Shown here: piece after piece, positions 26,822 to 40,140 of the stretch
Numbering within the stretch: position 1 is the first letter of the stretch
Layout of the letters: each line of letters starts with the position of its first letter
Source: Octopus vulgaris
Lineage: Eukaryota
NCBI GenBank assembly: GCA_951406725.2
Contig: OX597820.1
Coordinates: forward strand, 40,114,001-40,178,000
Reading direction: 5' to 3'
DNA length: 64,000 bases
Program-made: the position numbers and the translations under genes
Notes under the pieces: generated by a model
What the model was told of the DNA's origin: nothing
Database searches by the model: none
The model's input: only the letters and a program-made list of their open reading frames with translations

Positions 26822-27220
26822 AAGGCGGCGAGATGACAGAAACGTTAGCACGCCGAGCGAAATGCTTAACAGTATTTCGTCTGCCGCTACGTTCTGAGTT
26901 CAAACTCCGCCGAGGTCGACTTTGCCTTTCATCCTTTCGGGTTCTATTAAATAAGTACCAGTTGCGCACTGGGGTCGATATAATCGACTCAATCTGTTTG
27001 TTTGTCCTTGTTTGTCTCCTCTGTGTGTAGCCCCTAGTGGGCAGTAAAGAAATAAGTATTTCTTCTGTCTTTACTTTCTGAGTTCAAATTCCGCCGAGAT
27101 CGACTTTGCCTTTTGCCCTTTCAGGGTCAATAAATTAAGTGCCAGGTGCGTACTAGGGTCGATTTTATCGATTGGAACCCTTCCCCAAAATTTCGGGCTT
27201 TGTGCCTAGAGTAGAAAACA
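26822..27220 (+). mobile_element. SINE family A dimer (full type 1 + 5'-truncated type 2)
   Basis: Two consecutive cores; junction AAAGAAATAAG|TATTTCTTCTGTCTTTAC at ~27056. Confidence 0.88.
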
Positions 27221-27449
27221 ATATATGATATTAATGTACTCCAGCCACCTTTCGCTTTTGTCTAAAACAGATTAGAACTTATTTACGTTCTTTGTTGCGG
27301 GTATTCTTCAGTAATTTCCTGAAGAAACATAAACACGTTCGGTTATTGTAAATTGCAACATTGCTTTTTCTTACGATTTTCCTTATTAGAAATTCCTTTT
27401 CCTGTAGCATACACACCTGCTTAATCAAAACAATGAATTACTTATATAT

Positions 27450-27845
27450 GTACAGGAATGGCTGTGTAGTTATAAAACTAGCTTTGCAATCATGTGGTTC
27501 CAGGTCCGACAGCGCGGCACTTCGGACAAGTGTCTTCCATTGTAACCCTGGGTTTACCAATGCCTTTTGAGTGGATTTGGTGGACGGTAATTATGTGGAA
27601 GCCCATTGTGTGTACATATATATGTATGTTCTTATGTTTGAGTGTGTCTGTGTTTGTCATCCCCTACTGCTTGACAATCGGTGTTGGTATGTTTAATTTC
27701 TTGCAACTTACCAGTTCTGGAAAAGAGACAAATAGAATAAGAACCTAACATAAAAACCTTAGATAGTGGGGGCGATTTATTCGACTAAAGTCCTTCAAGA
27801 TGGTGCCCCAGCATAGCCGAAGTCCGATGACTGAAAAAGTAAAAA
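27450..27845 (+). mobile_element. SINE family B, diverged
   Basis: Colinear with 15915-16316. Confidence 0.78.
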
Positions 27846-29536
27846 AGAAAGAAAGAAAAGAAAACATAAAAGATAAAATTAATGTATTTCAAGATTCGTT
27901 TTCTTCATCACTTAATCCGCACCTTTATTTCATGAATGTACATCTACCGAAGTCAACTCTGCTGTCTTTGATTGATGTATGTGCGTGTGCGTACGCGCGC
28001 GAGTGTATGAGCCCGTGCGTATGTGGGCGTGTGTGCGTGTGTGTGCAGGGTTGATTGAATAAATAGCTATCCTCCAGCAACATTGATTCAATCTACTAAA
28101 CTCCTCTGCAGGTGTTCAGCTATTATTAGGATGTCAGGTCTCTATTTCATCAAATCAAATCGTTTGCGTTTGTTTACAAAGGAAATTAGATGTGCAACTA
28201 TCGTTGTATTTATAAAATTAGTGTTTTAATTAGCACCTTCATTTACTCAGGTAAAACTAATTTCTAATTTGTTTATGTGTAATCAAATAGTTGTTGTGCC
28301 TGTCGTTTAGCCCAAGCTAAACCTTGAAGGAAAAGACTTAAGTATTCCAGCCCCGGATGAGTATATTCATAGCAAAAAGCGTTCCTGCCATAACAATCCC
28401 TTCTTATTTTCAGATGCTAGTGTATATCGTCAAATTGTGATTTTTTTCAGGGAATCTTGGCAGCTCCTTCTTGTAAGTTGAAAATCTAAGTTCCGGATTT
28501 GTTTTCTGCTTCTACATATTCTCTGAGATCGTATTTTTCTCTGACTAGACGTATTCGTACTTAACATATAATTGTTCTTCTAACACAGCCCTTATCAGAC
28601 CATCTTGGCTGCATTTAAGTTGTAGGGTATTATGTTATTAGTTCCATATTGCAAAGTACCAAATTACGATTTAATAATTCAAATGTAGCAAACTACTACT
28701 CGCTTCAATTCGAATATCTCTTCAGTTATGTTGCTTTATTCATGGATAACCTCGTAATCTCTTTATTTGATGCACAAAATTCTTCGTTCAAAGTTTCACA
28801 TGCAGGTCATCCTTCAGTTTTCTACACATCTCGATATTAGGATTCGAATCTGTTAAGTCACAAACTGTCTTTTCGTTTTTTTAGTCTGGACGTTATTTAT
28901 TTTATTCCATCTCCTCCCCATGCTTTTACAGTAACATTCTGGAATTTTTAGCCAAATAGAATAGATAATAATGTATTACCAAAAGAAATGGAAGAATTAT
29001 CAATCATACAAATGTAAAGATTTCAAAAGAAAGATAAAGGGACGTTTTGGACTGAAAACAGAAATATAACTAAACCAAAGCACTGCCCATATGCAAGACT
29101 CATAATGCTGCGTTTGGCTTTGCCGCGAAAGCACGCAATGAACAAATAATACCACAATAAAATAAAATAAAAATATGTGTGTAGTAAAAATTAATAATGA
29201 TGATCATTTCTGATGACTGCAATGAGGTTGCTGTCGTTGTTGTTTTTTTTGTTTTTTTTGGTGGTGGGGATGAAGATGATGATGATGGTGATGTTAATGA
29301 TGAAGATGGTGATTATGGTGAGGATGGTGATGATGGTGCTGATGATGATGGTGCTGATATTGAAACATTTCTGTTAATTATTTTTCACAACTCTCTTTCC
29401 TCTCTCGATTCTCAATTTTTCGTTTGATAGTTTTGTTGCTGCTTATATACTTCGTCTTGATTTTCATTGCTTTTATTTCTTTTTTACTCTCTCTTTCATT
29501 TCCATTTTACTTTATTTCATGTGTTGTTTATTTAAT

Positions 29537-29539
<3 letters not shown>

Positions 29540-29618
<79 letters not shown>

Positions 29619-29633
29619 CATCATTATTATTAT
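29540..29633. repeat. (ATT)n microsatellite
   Basis: Direct reading. Confidence 0.95.
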
Positions 29634-30019
29634 TAATCTTTTATTTTACAATTTATGTTGTTTTGCCGATGTTTACTTTTCGCAATTTATTTCAAAGCCT
29701 CCACTTGTTTTTCTTGTATGTCCTTTCTTTAATTGTTCATCACTTCTTGTTTTTATCATTTTGTTTCCCCCTTTCTATTTATTTATTTATTTATTCACTT
29801 ATTTATTTTCTTTGCTTGTTTACTTCGTTGGTTCCTTGTTTGCGCGTTTGTTTCTATCTTGCAATATTTCTTAATTTCCTTATGTATTTCGTCCTTTTTC
29901 TTCCTTCTGACTCTTTTGTTTTAAATTTTATATTTTTTTATATATTTTCTTCGAAAATACTAACACTCGCATACAGACACGCACATAAGCGCGCAGTGCA
30001 GGCATATGCAGACGCACCA

Positions 30020-30333
30020 ATATATACATACATATATACACAAACACACACACACACACACATACATATACACAGGTACGTATCCATATATACATCTATA
30101 TATTTACATCTATGTATGTATATACATACACATATATACATACGTATTCATATATATATATGCACACATACGCACACACATATAATATATATATATATAT
30201 ACATATGTATATATATATGTATATATATATATGTATATATGTATGTATATATATATATATGTATATATATATATGTATGTATTTATACATATGTATATAT
30301 ATATATATGTATGTATTTATATATATATGTATG

Positions 30334-30386
<53 letters not shown>

Positions 30387-30405
30387 TATGTATACATGTA
30401 TATGC
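30020..30405. repeat. Degenerate (TA/CA/TG)n microsatellite
   Basis: Direct reading. Confidence 0.95.
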
Positions 30406-31163
30406 TTGCGAGTGTGTTTCAAATTTCGGTATATTTGTACGTGTTGAAGAGTAAGACAAATAGATTGAGGAGAGAGGGAAAACGACAGTAAAAGAAAGAA
30501 AGAGAAAAATAGAAGGAAAGAGAAAGAGAAGGAGAGAGAAGGAGGAGGCGGGAGAGGAGAATAAGGGAAGGAGAGTGATTTTTACATATGTGTGAGTTTC
30601 TTTAAATTGAGAGTGAATGCGGCAGACAGAGAAATTGAGAAAGCAAGACTGATTGATAGAAAAAGAGATAGACATAGAAAAAATGAAGGAGTGGTGGTCT
30701 ACGTGGGAGAGAGATATAGAGAGAGACATGTTTATTTATTTGTTTATTTATTTATTAATTTATTAATTCATTTATTTTACTTTTTTACTCCAGTTCCTCG
30801 AATCCTCCTAATTTTCAATTTCCATTTCGAAAAATTCCTGAAATGTTCGTATTCAGTTAATTAACCTAAGACTTTTATGTGAGAGTGTGGTGAGAGTGGA
30901 GGTAAGAGTGATGATTAACGACCCTATGAAAGACAGATAGACAAATGGACAAAATATTGAAGACTTCGGCGGTGGAAGTAGCGATGTTTAATGATGTTGG
31001 TGTTAGAAGAAGTGGTAGCTTTTGAAGAAGCGGTAGCAGGGGTATTAGTGATTGGTAACTGTCGTTGTGGTTACGATGGTTGTTCTGCTTCTTGAACTGC
31101 TGCTGTTGTTGTTGCCGTTTCACCTACTGCTGATGCTGGCGATTATTGGTGTTGATCTGTGAT

Positions 31164-31208
<45 letters not shown>

Positions 31209-31340
31209 CACCACCACCACCACCACCACCACCACCACCACCACCACCACCACCACTACCACCACCACACCACCACCACCACCACCACCACCACCACCAC
31301 CACCACCACCACCACCACCACTACTACTACTACTACTACC

Positions 31341-31375
<35 letters not shown>

Positions 31376-31379
31376 CACC

Positions 31380-31421
<42 letters not shown>
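31164..31421. repeat. (CTA)n/(CCA)n compound trinucleotide array
   Basis: Direct reading. Confidence 0.95.
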
Positions 31422-32308
31422 GTAGTGTGGTGTGGTCGATTTTACTGATGTTGTTGTCCCTGGTGGTTGTGGTGGTGGTGGTGGTGGTGGCGAAAAATTT
31501 AGCTTTGCTGCTACAGATGGCTTATAGCGGCGGCGGCGGTGGTGGTGATGGGTGGTATTGGTGATTGGTGGTATACGTGATATAGGTGCTTCAGTTTCAT
31601 ACTAATGGTAGCACAGCTAAAAGTTGGTTGGCAGTATTTATAATGGTAGTAGCCTTAGCACTGTTTCTTAGTTCTGGTAAATATTAGTGGTTTTGGTTTG
31701 GTTTTATTTGGTGTTGGTGGTATTATTAATAGTGGGAGATTTTCTTTCTTTCTGCTGCTGAGAGTATTGGAGGTACGGAGAAACCACAGGGAATAGAACA
31801 GACAATGGTGTAGTGGTGGTGGTGGTGGTGGTGGGGTTGCGTGGTTGGTACTAGTCGTAGTACTAATTATTGGCTCAGTTTGTTCTTTATATTGTGTAGC
31901 TCTCATCAAACACATGGCAGCCATGGACATTACGTCTAATCTCCTTGCCGGGAATCTAGAACGTCATTATCCCAGCATGTACTTTTAAAATTCTAAGGAG
32001 TGAATTATTGAGAGGTATTTGACTGTTATTTCTAGAAGATCGAGTTACCAAATGCATGCTCTCTTGTTTGTGGAGGGATAGGTGCGTTTTGTATTAAAGA
32101 AAGTACACTGGGGATAATTATGGTTTTCAGGAAGGTATGAGAATTTAATACAGGAAATGGTGTTGGAACTGATGATAATTTAGTTGTTATAGCAACGCTG
32201 ATAAATAATAGCAGATGAGATGGTATTGCAAATGGTAGTTTGTTGATTTTTGTAAGTAGCGGTATGTCGCAGTGACGCTATGGTCGTGGTCATCGTAAAT
32301 ATTAGTAC

Positions 32309-32425
<117 letters not shown>

Positions 32426-32759
32426 TATTGTGTCCTTCTAGGCATGACCTTCCCTCCTACACAATCTGATTTGGGCTAGACAATAACAAGTGTCGTAGTT
32501 AAGGCAGTAGGTTAGGATATATTAAGGATTTGTCTAATATTTCAAGCAAGTCAAGCGTACTCACTGAAATGCCCTCGATAATGGTAACGTAGGAGTTTGA
32601 TGCCTGGCTTTGAAGACGGTATTGGGTAGTGAGTAGTTTTTGTAGGTCTTCAGATTTTATGATGATGGTTATACTTTAGTAACATAACTAACACTATCGG
32701 CAGCTATGGATACAGAAGCATTAGATTGATGGTGGTTTTGGTGACATTATTCGTAGTGC

Positions 32760-32975
32760 TAAGGTGGCGAACTGGCAGAATCGTTAGTGTGTCGGTTGAA
32801 ATGTTTAGCGACATTTCGTCCATTTTTACGCTCTGAGTTCAAATGCAGCCAGACATCACTTTGCCTTTCCCCTTTCTGGAGTCGATAAAATAAGTGCTAG
32901 TAGAGCAATGGAGTCGATGTTATCGGCCTACTCACAAGCCCGAAATTGCTGGTCTTGTACCAAAACTTGAAACCA
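32760..32975 (+). mobile_element. SINE family A (tail type 2)
   Basis: AAGGTGGCGAACTGGCAGAATCGTTAG...CTGAGTTCAAAT...GTCGATAAAATAAGT. Confidence 0.82.
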
Positions 32976-33596
32976 ATATTATTCATAGTATTAGTAGTAC
33001 TGATATAATTATTGAACACAGCAGCATTATTGTTGGTTTGCGTAGGGAATAAATCGTTGATTAGATCCGATAGACCGCTTTGTAGTGGAGTTTGAGTCAG
33101 AGGTTGCTATGTTTGTAAAAGTTGATAGAGATAACACTTGATGAAGTAGTAGAGGCGGTAGAAGTGTTAGCAGTTACAGTTATATCGACTGTAATATTTG
33201 AAGGAGTACAGTCAGTCAGGACACCTCTGTGCAACTAGAGGCACCGCCCAAGGTTTGCATCAGATCAAAGTTCAAGTCACGCTGAGGTTAAGTATGTCTT
33301 TGATCCTGATGGCATCGATAAAATATAGTACCAAAGAAGGGCCAAAGGCGATTACATCAAGTACATCCAGCCCGGAAACTAAATTATGTTATTTAGAAAG
33401 AATTATTATTATAATTCTTGAAAAGTCAGTGAGCTGGCGGATTCCGTAGGTTAGCGGCATTCCGCCGAGATCAACTTTGTTTTACATCCTTTCAGGTGCG
33501 ATAATATAACTACCAGTTGAACTCTGCATTTGAGGTAATCAATTTACTGCTCTCCCGAAATTATTGGCCTTCTGTCTTTAGTAAAAAGTATTATTC

Positions 33597-33992
33597 TTTC
33601 CTACTTTAGGCACAAGGCCCGAACTTTTGGGGGAGGGGTGGGGCATTCGATAACATCGACCTAGTACACAACTGGAACTTAATTTATCGACCTCGAAAGG
33701 ATGAAAGGCAAAGTCGACCTCGGCGGAATTTGAACTCGGAACGTAAAGACAGACGAAATACCTATTTCTTTACTACCCACAAGGGGCTAAACACAGACAG
33801 GACAAACAAGGACAGACAAACGGATTATGTCGATTACATCGACTCCAGTGCGTAACTGGTACTTAATTTATCGACCCCGAAAGGATGAAAGACAAAGTCG
33901 ACCTCGGCGGAATTTCAACTCAGAACGTAGCGGCAGACGAAATACCGCTGAGCATTTTGCCCGGCGTGCAAACGCTACTGCTAGCTCGCCGC
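33597..33992 (-). mobile_element. SINE family A dimer (full type 1 + 5'-truncated type 2)
   Basis: Minus-strand junction AAAGAAATAGG|TATTTCGTCTGTCTTTAC at ~33760; more decayed + strand copies at ~33430-33590 and ~34025-34190. Confidence 0.9.
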
Positions 33993-34194
33993 AATTAGTA
34001 AAAAGTATTATTATTATTTTTTGAGAAGGCGGTGAGCTATCAGACGCCTTAACATACAGAGCAAAATCCTTAACGGCATTTCGACCGTCTTTGCATTCTG
34101 CATACTAATTCCGCCGATGTCAACTTTGCTTTTCGACAAAATGGTTACTAGTTGAACAAGGTGGGGTGCAATGTAATCGACTCATCCACTCAAA

Positions 34195-34737
34195 TTCAGA
34201 GAAAGAGCAGTGCATACCTTATAAGTGACACAGGTACAGTTACACGAACTCCAATACACCCATCTTGACTAACCTGTCTGATAAAGCTACATTAGGGATA
34301 AGCATCATCACAACCATATGTGTGAGACATGGTGACCTCATATCAAGATGAACAGCGTATTACCTGGCAGGTTGGCCCCAGGTGCGATTTTCTTGTGGAG
34401 AATACTTTCTTGCTTAAAAGATCGCCGAGTAAGGGTTGTTTAAAGATGTTAAACGAAACACCAATATTTGAATTCTTCAAACCCCAAAGTATTTCTCTTA
34501 GCACATGGTTCTGATGCTCCCTCACTACTCCTGCTCGGGATCAGAGATGCACATATCGTCATCCACTAAGAACATGCTTAAATTGTTAAGATTTAAGCAA
34601 CTAACGATCAAATCTGTGGTACTGAGCAGAACAATTTAGGCCCCCCTTTTACAACAAGGCAAAGCATGTATATGTTAACAATTCCAATAATTTAAGACCA
34701 GAACCATGAGGGTCAATACCTGGTATTGCACTGGGGT
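34195..34737 (-). mobile_element. ~555-bp element, diverged copy 3
   Basis: Colinear with 37314-37869 along its length. Confidence 0.82.
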
Positions 34738-34739
34738 AT

Positions 34740-34980
34740 ATTCTTCTTCTTCTACTTCCTCCTCTTCTTCTTCTTCTTCTTCTTCTTCTTCTTCTTCTTC
34801 TTCTTCTTCTTCTTCTTCTTTTTTTCTTCTTCTTCTTCTTCTTTTTTTTTCTTCTTCTTCTTCTTCTTTTTGCTTCTTTTTCTTCTTCTTCTTCTTCTTT
34901 TTGCTTCTTTTTCTCCTCATTCTTCTTCTTCTTCTTCTTCTTCTTCTTCTCCTCCTCCTCCTTCCTCTTCTTCTTCTTCT
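34740..34980. repeat. (CTT)n microsatellite
   Basis: Direct reading. Confidence 0.95.
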
Positions 34981-34984
34981 TTGC

Positions 34985-36260
34985 ATTATCATTTTCGGGT
35001 TTATGTTCGTACCACTTTTTTGCTCTGTCAAATACATACTTGTTGCAAAATGCCCAATCGATTGTCCTTGCTATATTGTATTGATGTCTCTTATATTCGT
35101 TCAGGGCTATTGACTAGTGATATGCCATTTTGTCTACAAATTCTGCACTTATCACTTTCTGATGTGTTGTTTATTCTGTATTTGAGGTAATTAGTTCTTA
35201 ATGCTTGCCCTTGGCAGCACAGATCAGAGCCTCTGCTTCCGTTTTTAAATCACTTTTAGTCATCCACAGCCATCTTTCGTTTGTCTTATCTTCAACATCC
35301 ATATGAAATTGTCCATGCATTTTTTCTTTATCCACCTATTTTCAGGTTCATTCATTCTCAAGTGTCTGTACAGTGCTTTATCTTTGCAATCTTCCATCTC
35401 ACAGAAGCCTGACCTTCTTACTTCTAATAATAAAGGTTCTGTGACATTTTTTTACATACAATGCTATGTTGTTTTCTTCTGCTCTAATGCTGTGTTCACA
35501 TCCAATACGTCCTCTTGACCCCTCTTCTTCTTGGTACATATAGTCTGTCTTTGTCACGTTTTGGGTGAATTATTCCATATCTAGGTAACAATGTCTTTGT
35601 CTTTCTCTCTAAGCTGCTTCGTTCGTCTACTGTCAATGCGATTACAACTGGTCCATATCTAAGGAGTGAAACTGACCAGGTGTTGATAGCTTCAATCTTA
35701 TTTCGTCCGTTTAATTTCGACTTTTTTAAGGTTGCAAATAAGGTTCCTATGGTTTATTAGAGATTTCACCTCTGTTTTCTGCCATGAGATTACTTCTGTC
35801 AGTAGAAACTGTATTTTCACTGTTGCTTTCCTATGGTTTATTATAGATTTCACCTCTGGTTTTTGCTTTGAAATTACTTTTATTAGTAGGAACTGTATTT
35901 TTATCGCTTCATCTGCTGCTGTTTTCCAATAACCGTCTTTTGATAGCTTCATGCCATACTTTTGTGAACCAACGATTTCTTATTGCTCTAGCTTGATCAC
36001 ATAATATCTGTTCCGTGAGTTGAAACAATCCCCTTTCTCTTCATCAATCATACATACGTTGTCGGTATCCCCCTAATATGAACACCATTTTCGTCTTTAG
36101 GGTTGCTCAGGTAGTAACACTCCATGGCCACAGCCATTGACTTGTGTATTCCATCTATGCCGTGTGTGCTGGTCCCTTGCTGGTTACGACAGACTGAGCC
36201 TTCCGGGTGCAATTCTGTCACCATCAAGGGCTTCAGTTTCATTACCACCGTTATTCACAA
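34985..36260 (-). mobile_element. Dong/R4 LINE relic with internal deletion (N-terminus joined to post-RT and zinc-knuckle region)
   Basis: Minus strand AMECYYLSNP...LTEQILCDQARAIRNRWF, then SKLNGRNKIEAINTW...HPKRDKDRLYVPR, WMTKSDLKTEAEALICAA, QALRTNY...DKCRIC. Confidence 0.8.
35744..35905. repeat. 84-bp tandem duplication (2 units)
   Basis: TTCCTATGGTTTATTA at 35744 and 35828; 28-aa repeat in ORF 35698-35952. Confidence 0.85.
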
Positions 36261-36476
36261 TATTTTGCTTTTTTATTCTCTCTCATATGAGGTATCGATT
36301 ATCAGGTTGTGCAATTACCAGTGTTTTTATTGTGACACCATCACTAAATGTATCATCAATCTGGACATGGGGAGGTTCCATCCGCTTCCTTTCATTATGA
36401 TTATTATTATTTCCTTCTTTTTTTACTATATGTCATTTCTAATATTTCTCCTGCTCCGACATGAGTTTTCGCTAAA

Positions 36477-36574
36477 TTCTTCTTCTTCTTCTTCTTCTTC
36501 TTCTTCTACTTCTTCTTCTTCTTCTTCTTCTCCTTCTTCTTCTTCTTCTCCTTCTCCTTCTTCTTCTTCTTCTT

Positions 36575-36666
<92 letters not shown>
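36477..36666. repeat. (CTT)n(ATT)n microsatellite
   Basis: Direct reading. Confidence 0.95.
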
Positions 36667-36667
<1 letters not shown>

Positions 36668-37217
36668 GAGTGAGAGAGAAGTGCATGCAATCAAAGTGAC
36701 ACTGGGGTAAAATATACGAAGCCCAGTATGCCCATCATGACTACCCGTCTGATAAGGGTACACCAAGCACATGGATCAGAACTATAAATGCGCGGCATGG
36801 TGATGTCATATCAAGATAAACAGCGCATGACCTTGCAGGTGGAGCCCAGTTAGAATTTTCTTCTGGTCGAGTAACCCATCCCACTCAAAAGGTCCCTAAA
36901 TAAGGATTGTTTAAGGATGTTGAACGAACCACCCATATTTCCAAAGGTAAATTCTCCAAACTTCAAAGAATTCCTTTCAACACACGGCTATGATGCTCCC
37001 CAACTATTTTTGCTTGTGGTCAGAAATGCACGTATCGTAAGCCACTAAGGGACATGGTCAACTGGTTAAGGTCAAACAACTGACAAGCAAATCTGTGGTA
37101 TTGAGCAGAATATTTGCTGTAGCCCATCTTTTATACCAAGACAAAATACATGATAACATTTCCAATCAGTTATGATCAGAAGCCATGAGAGCCACTGTCT
37201 GGTACTGCATCAGAGCA
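36667..37217 (-). mobile_element. ~555-bp element, copy 4
   Basis: Highly similar to 37314-37869; followed by a ~40-bp partial duplication and (TTA)n. Confidence 0.92.
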
Positions 37218-37257
37218 TATTGAGCAGTAAATTTGCTGTAGTCCATCTTTTATGCCA

Positions 37258-37313
<56 letters not shown>

Positions 37314-37314
<1 letters not shown>

Positions 37315-37867
37315 GAGTGAAGGAGCAGTTCATGCCATCAAAGTGACACTGGGGTAAAATATACGAAGCCCAATATACCCATCATGACTAACCGTCTGAT
37401 AAGGGTACACCAGGCACATGCATCACAACCATATGTGCGCGACATGGTGATCTCATAAAAAGATAAACAGAACATGACCTTGCAGGTGGGGCCCAGTTAG
37501 AATTTTCTTCAGGTTGAGTAGCCCATCCCGCTCAAAAGGTCTCTGAATAAGGGTTGTTTAAGGATGTTGAAAGAACCACCCATGTTTCCAGAGGTGAATT
37601 ATTCAATCCCCAAAGAATCCCTCTCAACACATGGCTATGATGCTCCCCCACTACTTCTGCTAGTGATCGGAGATGCACATATCGTCAGCCACTAAGGGAC
37701 ATGCTCAACTGGTTAAAGCCAAATAACTGACAAGCAAATCTGTGGTATTGAGCAGAATATTTGCTGTAACCCATCTTTTATACCAAGACAAAACAATGTA
37801 CATGATAACACTTCCAATCAGTTAAGATCAGAAGCCATGAGAGCCACTGTCTGGTACTGCATCAGGG

Positions 37868-37869
<2 letters not shown>
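37314..37869 (-). mobile_element. ~555-bp element, copy 5, with (TTA)n on both sides
   Basis: TGAGTGAAGGAGCAG...GGTACTGCATCAGGGCA. Confidence 0.92.
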
Positions 37870-37927
<58 letters not shown>

Positions 37928-38559
37928 CATCATCATCATTATTATCATTATTATTATTATTATTATTATTACATTTTGTTTTTTATTAGTAATATTTCTT
38001 CTGATTACTCGTGTCTTGTTATAAACTTTGAGAGAACATTTAGTTGAATATTCGTAGTCTTTTCGTACTAAATTGACTAGGAAATGATCGGGTACATTTC
38101 TTCATCGAGTCGGTGATATATCAGATCTAATTTACTTGTTATTCTTTCAAAAATATTCCTCAATATCTGAATAGTTTTCATATGACCACCATGTTGTCAG
38201 TCTGGGCAGGTATGTCAGGGATGATTACTGTGTTTGGTATATGAATATATTCATTCTCCTATGTGCTCAAGTCGATCTATACACACAGAGCCCTGTAAAA
38301 CATACGAAACCTTTTGCTGTGTTTGTGAACATACACGGGCATAGATAAAGGACTGAAATAACGTACCTAAATGTTCAATCATCATTTAAAAAATGAATAT
38401 TTCATTTTCGTATTTCTTTAAGTTCTTTTCTCAGTATTTAACTTCATAAGAAAAAAAAATTATTTATGCTATGCCCTGAAGCAAGCAAACTCTTGACTTG
38501 ATTGCCAGCTATTTTAAAAATCTTTAGAAGACAGTCGTATCAGGAAACCGCTGATATTC

Positions 38560-38875
38560 ATGAATTCAGTTTTAGTGCTACATATATTAGGCTTCGCAGC
38601 GAGCTGGCTTGAGAAGATCAAATTGGAGATATGTGAACATAGTCTATCGATTCCATCTATCGTTGTTCAAGGTTAGATGGAATTTGCTGGACAGTGATAT
38701 TGTGCTGAACGGCAGCAAATATATTTTGGAGACTTCTGCATTGCAATAGAGAACAAAGACTATATTGATGTTGTTGGCAGAGACACAATATGAAATTGAT
38801 GACATACAAAGCTAATGGAGTATAGAGATTGCTGGCGCGGTGTTGTGGAATACATCTTAGTTGCAGCCGCTTCAA
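38560..38875 (+). mobile_element. RTE-like LINE 3' fragment
   Basis: MEFAGQ, KDYIDVVGRDT, MEYRDCWRGVV resemble the RTE C-terminus (FAGH..TYID.L..DT..M.DR..WR). Confidence 0.45.
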
Positions 38876-38899
38876 GAAAAAAATGTTCTACATCAGTGG

Positions 38900-39208
38900 A
38901 GTTAATTACCATTTCCTAATTTATTGTCTCATTCTATGGTGAAGGAATTTTTACATGGTATCTGATTATATTAATCAATTTCCTTATGCTTACTACTACG
39001 TATTCATCTGATCTCATTGTTGCTTTCTTATAGTGTTCTACTTCTATGGAGTCTCATCCCCGTATGTATGACTGGTGGTTATTCTTTCTATATCAGCTTT
39101 TGAAAAGCAACTTCGAAACTGATAGTTTTTTTTCTCTTGGCATTTCTGTCTAAATTCTTCAGTTAGTTTAAGTTCCAGCTTCGCGCATGTAGATGTAAGC
39201 TAGAATTC

Positions 39209-39272
<64 letters not shown>

Positions 39273-39900
39273 TGTGCTTTCGTATATCTACCCATCTATC
39301 CATTTATCCATCCATCCATCCATCCATACATACATACATACATAAATACATACATACATACATACATACATAAGCACACGTGTGCACGCGTGCATGTGCG
39401 TAAGTGTGCTGCGACTTAGATATGTTGGATATAAAGAGTTTAATTGCGGTGATATATTCAGTTTGCTTTATGTAATGTTACACTCATTTATTCCTAATAT
39501 ATATCTTCTTGTTCTCCATCATTAATTCTTAGATCGTTATCTATGTTGATATTATTTGCTCTTGGTAATGTTCCATTAATTGGAGTAGCTTTGTCACACT
39601 TCTAAAGTCCAATGTTCATGAAGATGTATCTACTGTAACGTCAGACTGTTTGATGTAGACGTTCTAGTTAGTTGCCTTACATTTCAAACAATTTCAAGAC
39701 ATCGATATACAAAATATTATTTATTAGTTGTGTATTGAAAATGTATTTGCATGCAGAGTGGTTCAGTAAATTCGTTAGAATGTCTCTTCTGAACAAAAAT
39801 ATAGACGAAGCATTGGGTTTCAGTGGAAAAGTTATTTCTGTGCCCGTTGATTTTCGTTTTCCTACACTCAAAGTAAAATTATGTGTGTTTATATGTTTTT
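38900..39900 (-). mobile_element. Old Dong/R4 LINE reverse-transcriptase relic, interrupted by microsatellite at ~39210-39410
   Basis: Minus strand INNILYIDVLKLF (cf. INHLLYMDDLKLF), MNIGL*KCDKAT (cf. MEFGLDKCAK), KADIER; may continue to ~38000. Confidence 0.65.
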
Positions 39901-39919
39901 CGGTATGCTAAAGCCTTAA

Positions 39920-40140
39920 CCCTTTAGTGTTTGCATTATTCTGCCAAAATGAATCCCTCTTCATCCACATTGTTTTGAACTAATCATGCATTATCTTGTA
40001 GCTATGAGATTTTGATGAGGTAGCTGTTAATTTTTAAAACGATATTGTAGGGTTGGTGTGAGAGACCAGATCTGGCCAGTTTGAACATAAAACAGGTAGA
40101 ATACTTTTGGCCGGATATGGCCTGTTTAAATGCTAAAGGG
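39920..40140. mobile_element. piggyBac-type MITE (221 bp)
   Basis: TTAA|CCCTTTAG ... CTAAAGGG|TTAA: TTAA target duplication and CCC/GGG termini. Confidence 0.9.

Noticed and set aside
29197-29427. Acidic D/G-rich ORF
   Set aside because: Degenerate (GAT/GGT)n repeat with no supporting context.
29519-30454. Longest ORF in the track (311 aa)
   Set aside because: Translation of (ATT)n, T-rich and (TA/CA)n low-complexity DNA with no domain signal.
31146-31448. Poly-Y/H/T or poly-T/P ORFs resembling a mucin or extensin
   Set aside because: Pure trinucleotide microsatellite with no unique coding flanks or splice evidence.
34675-35037. Arg/Lys/Glu-rich protamine-like ORF
   Set aside because: Translation of the (AAG)n tract.
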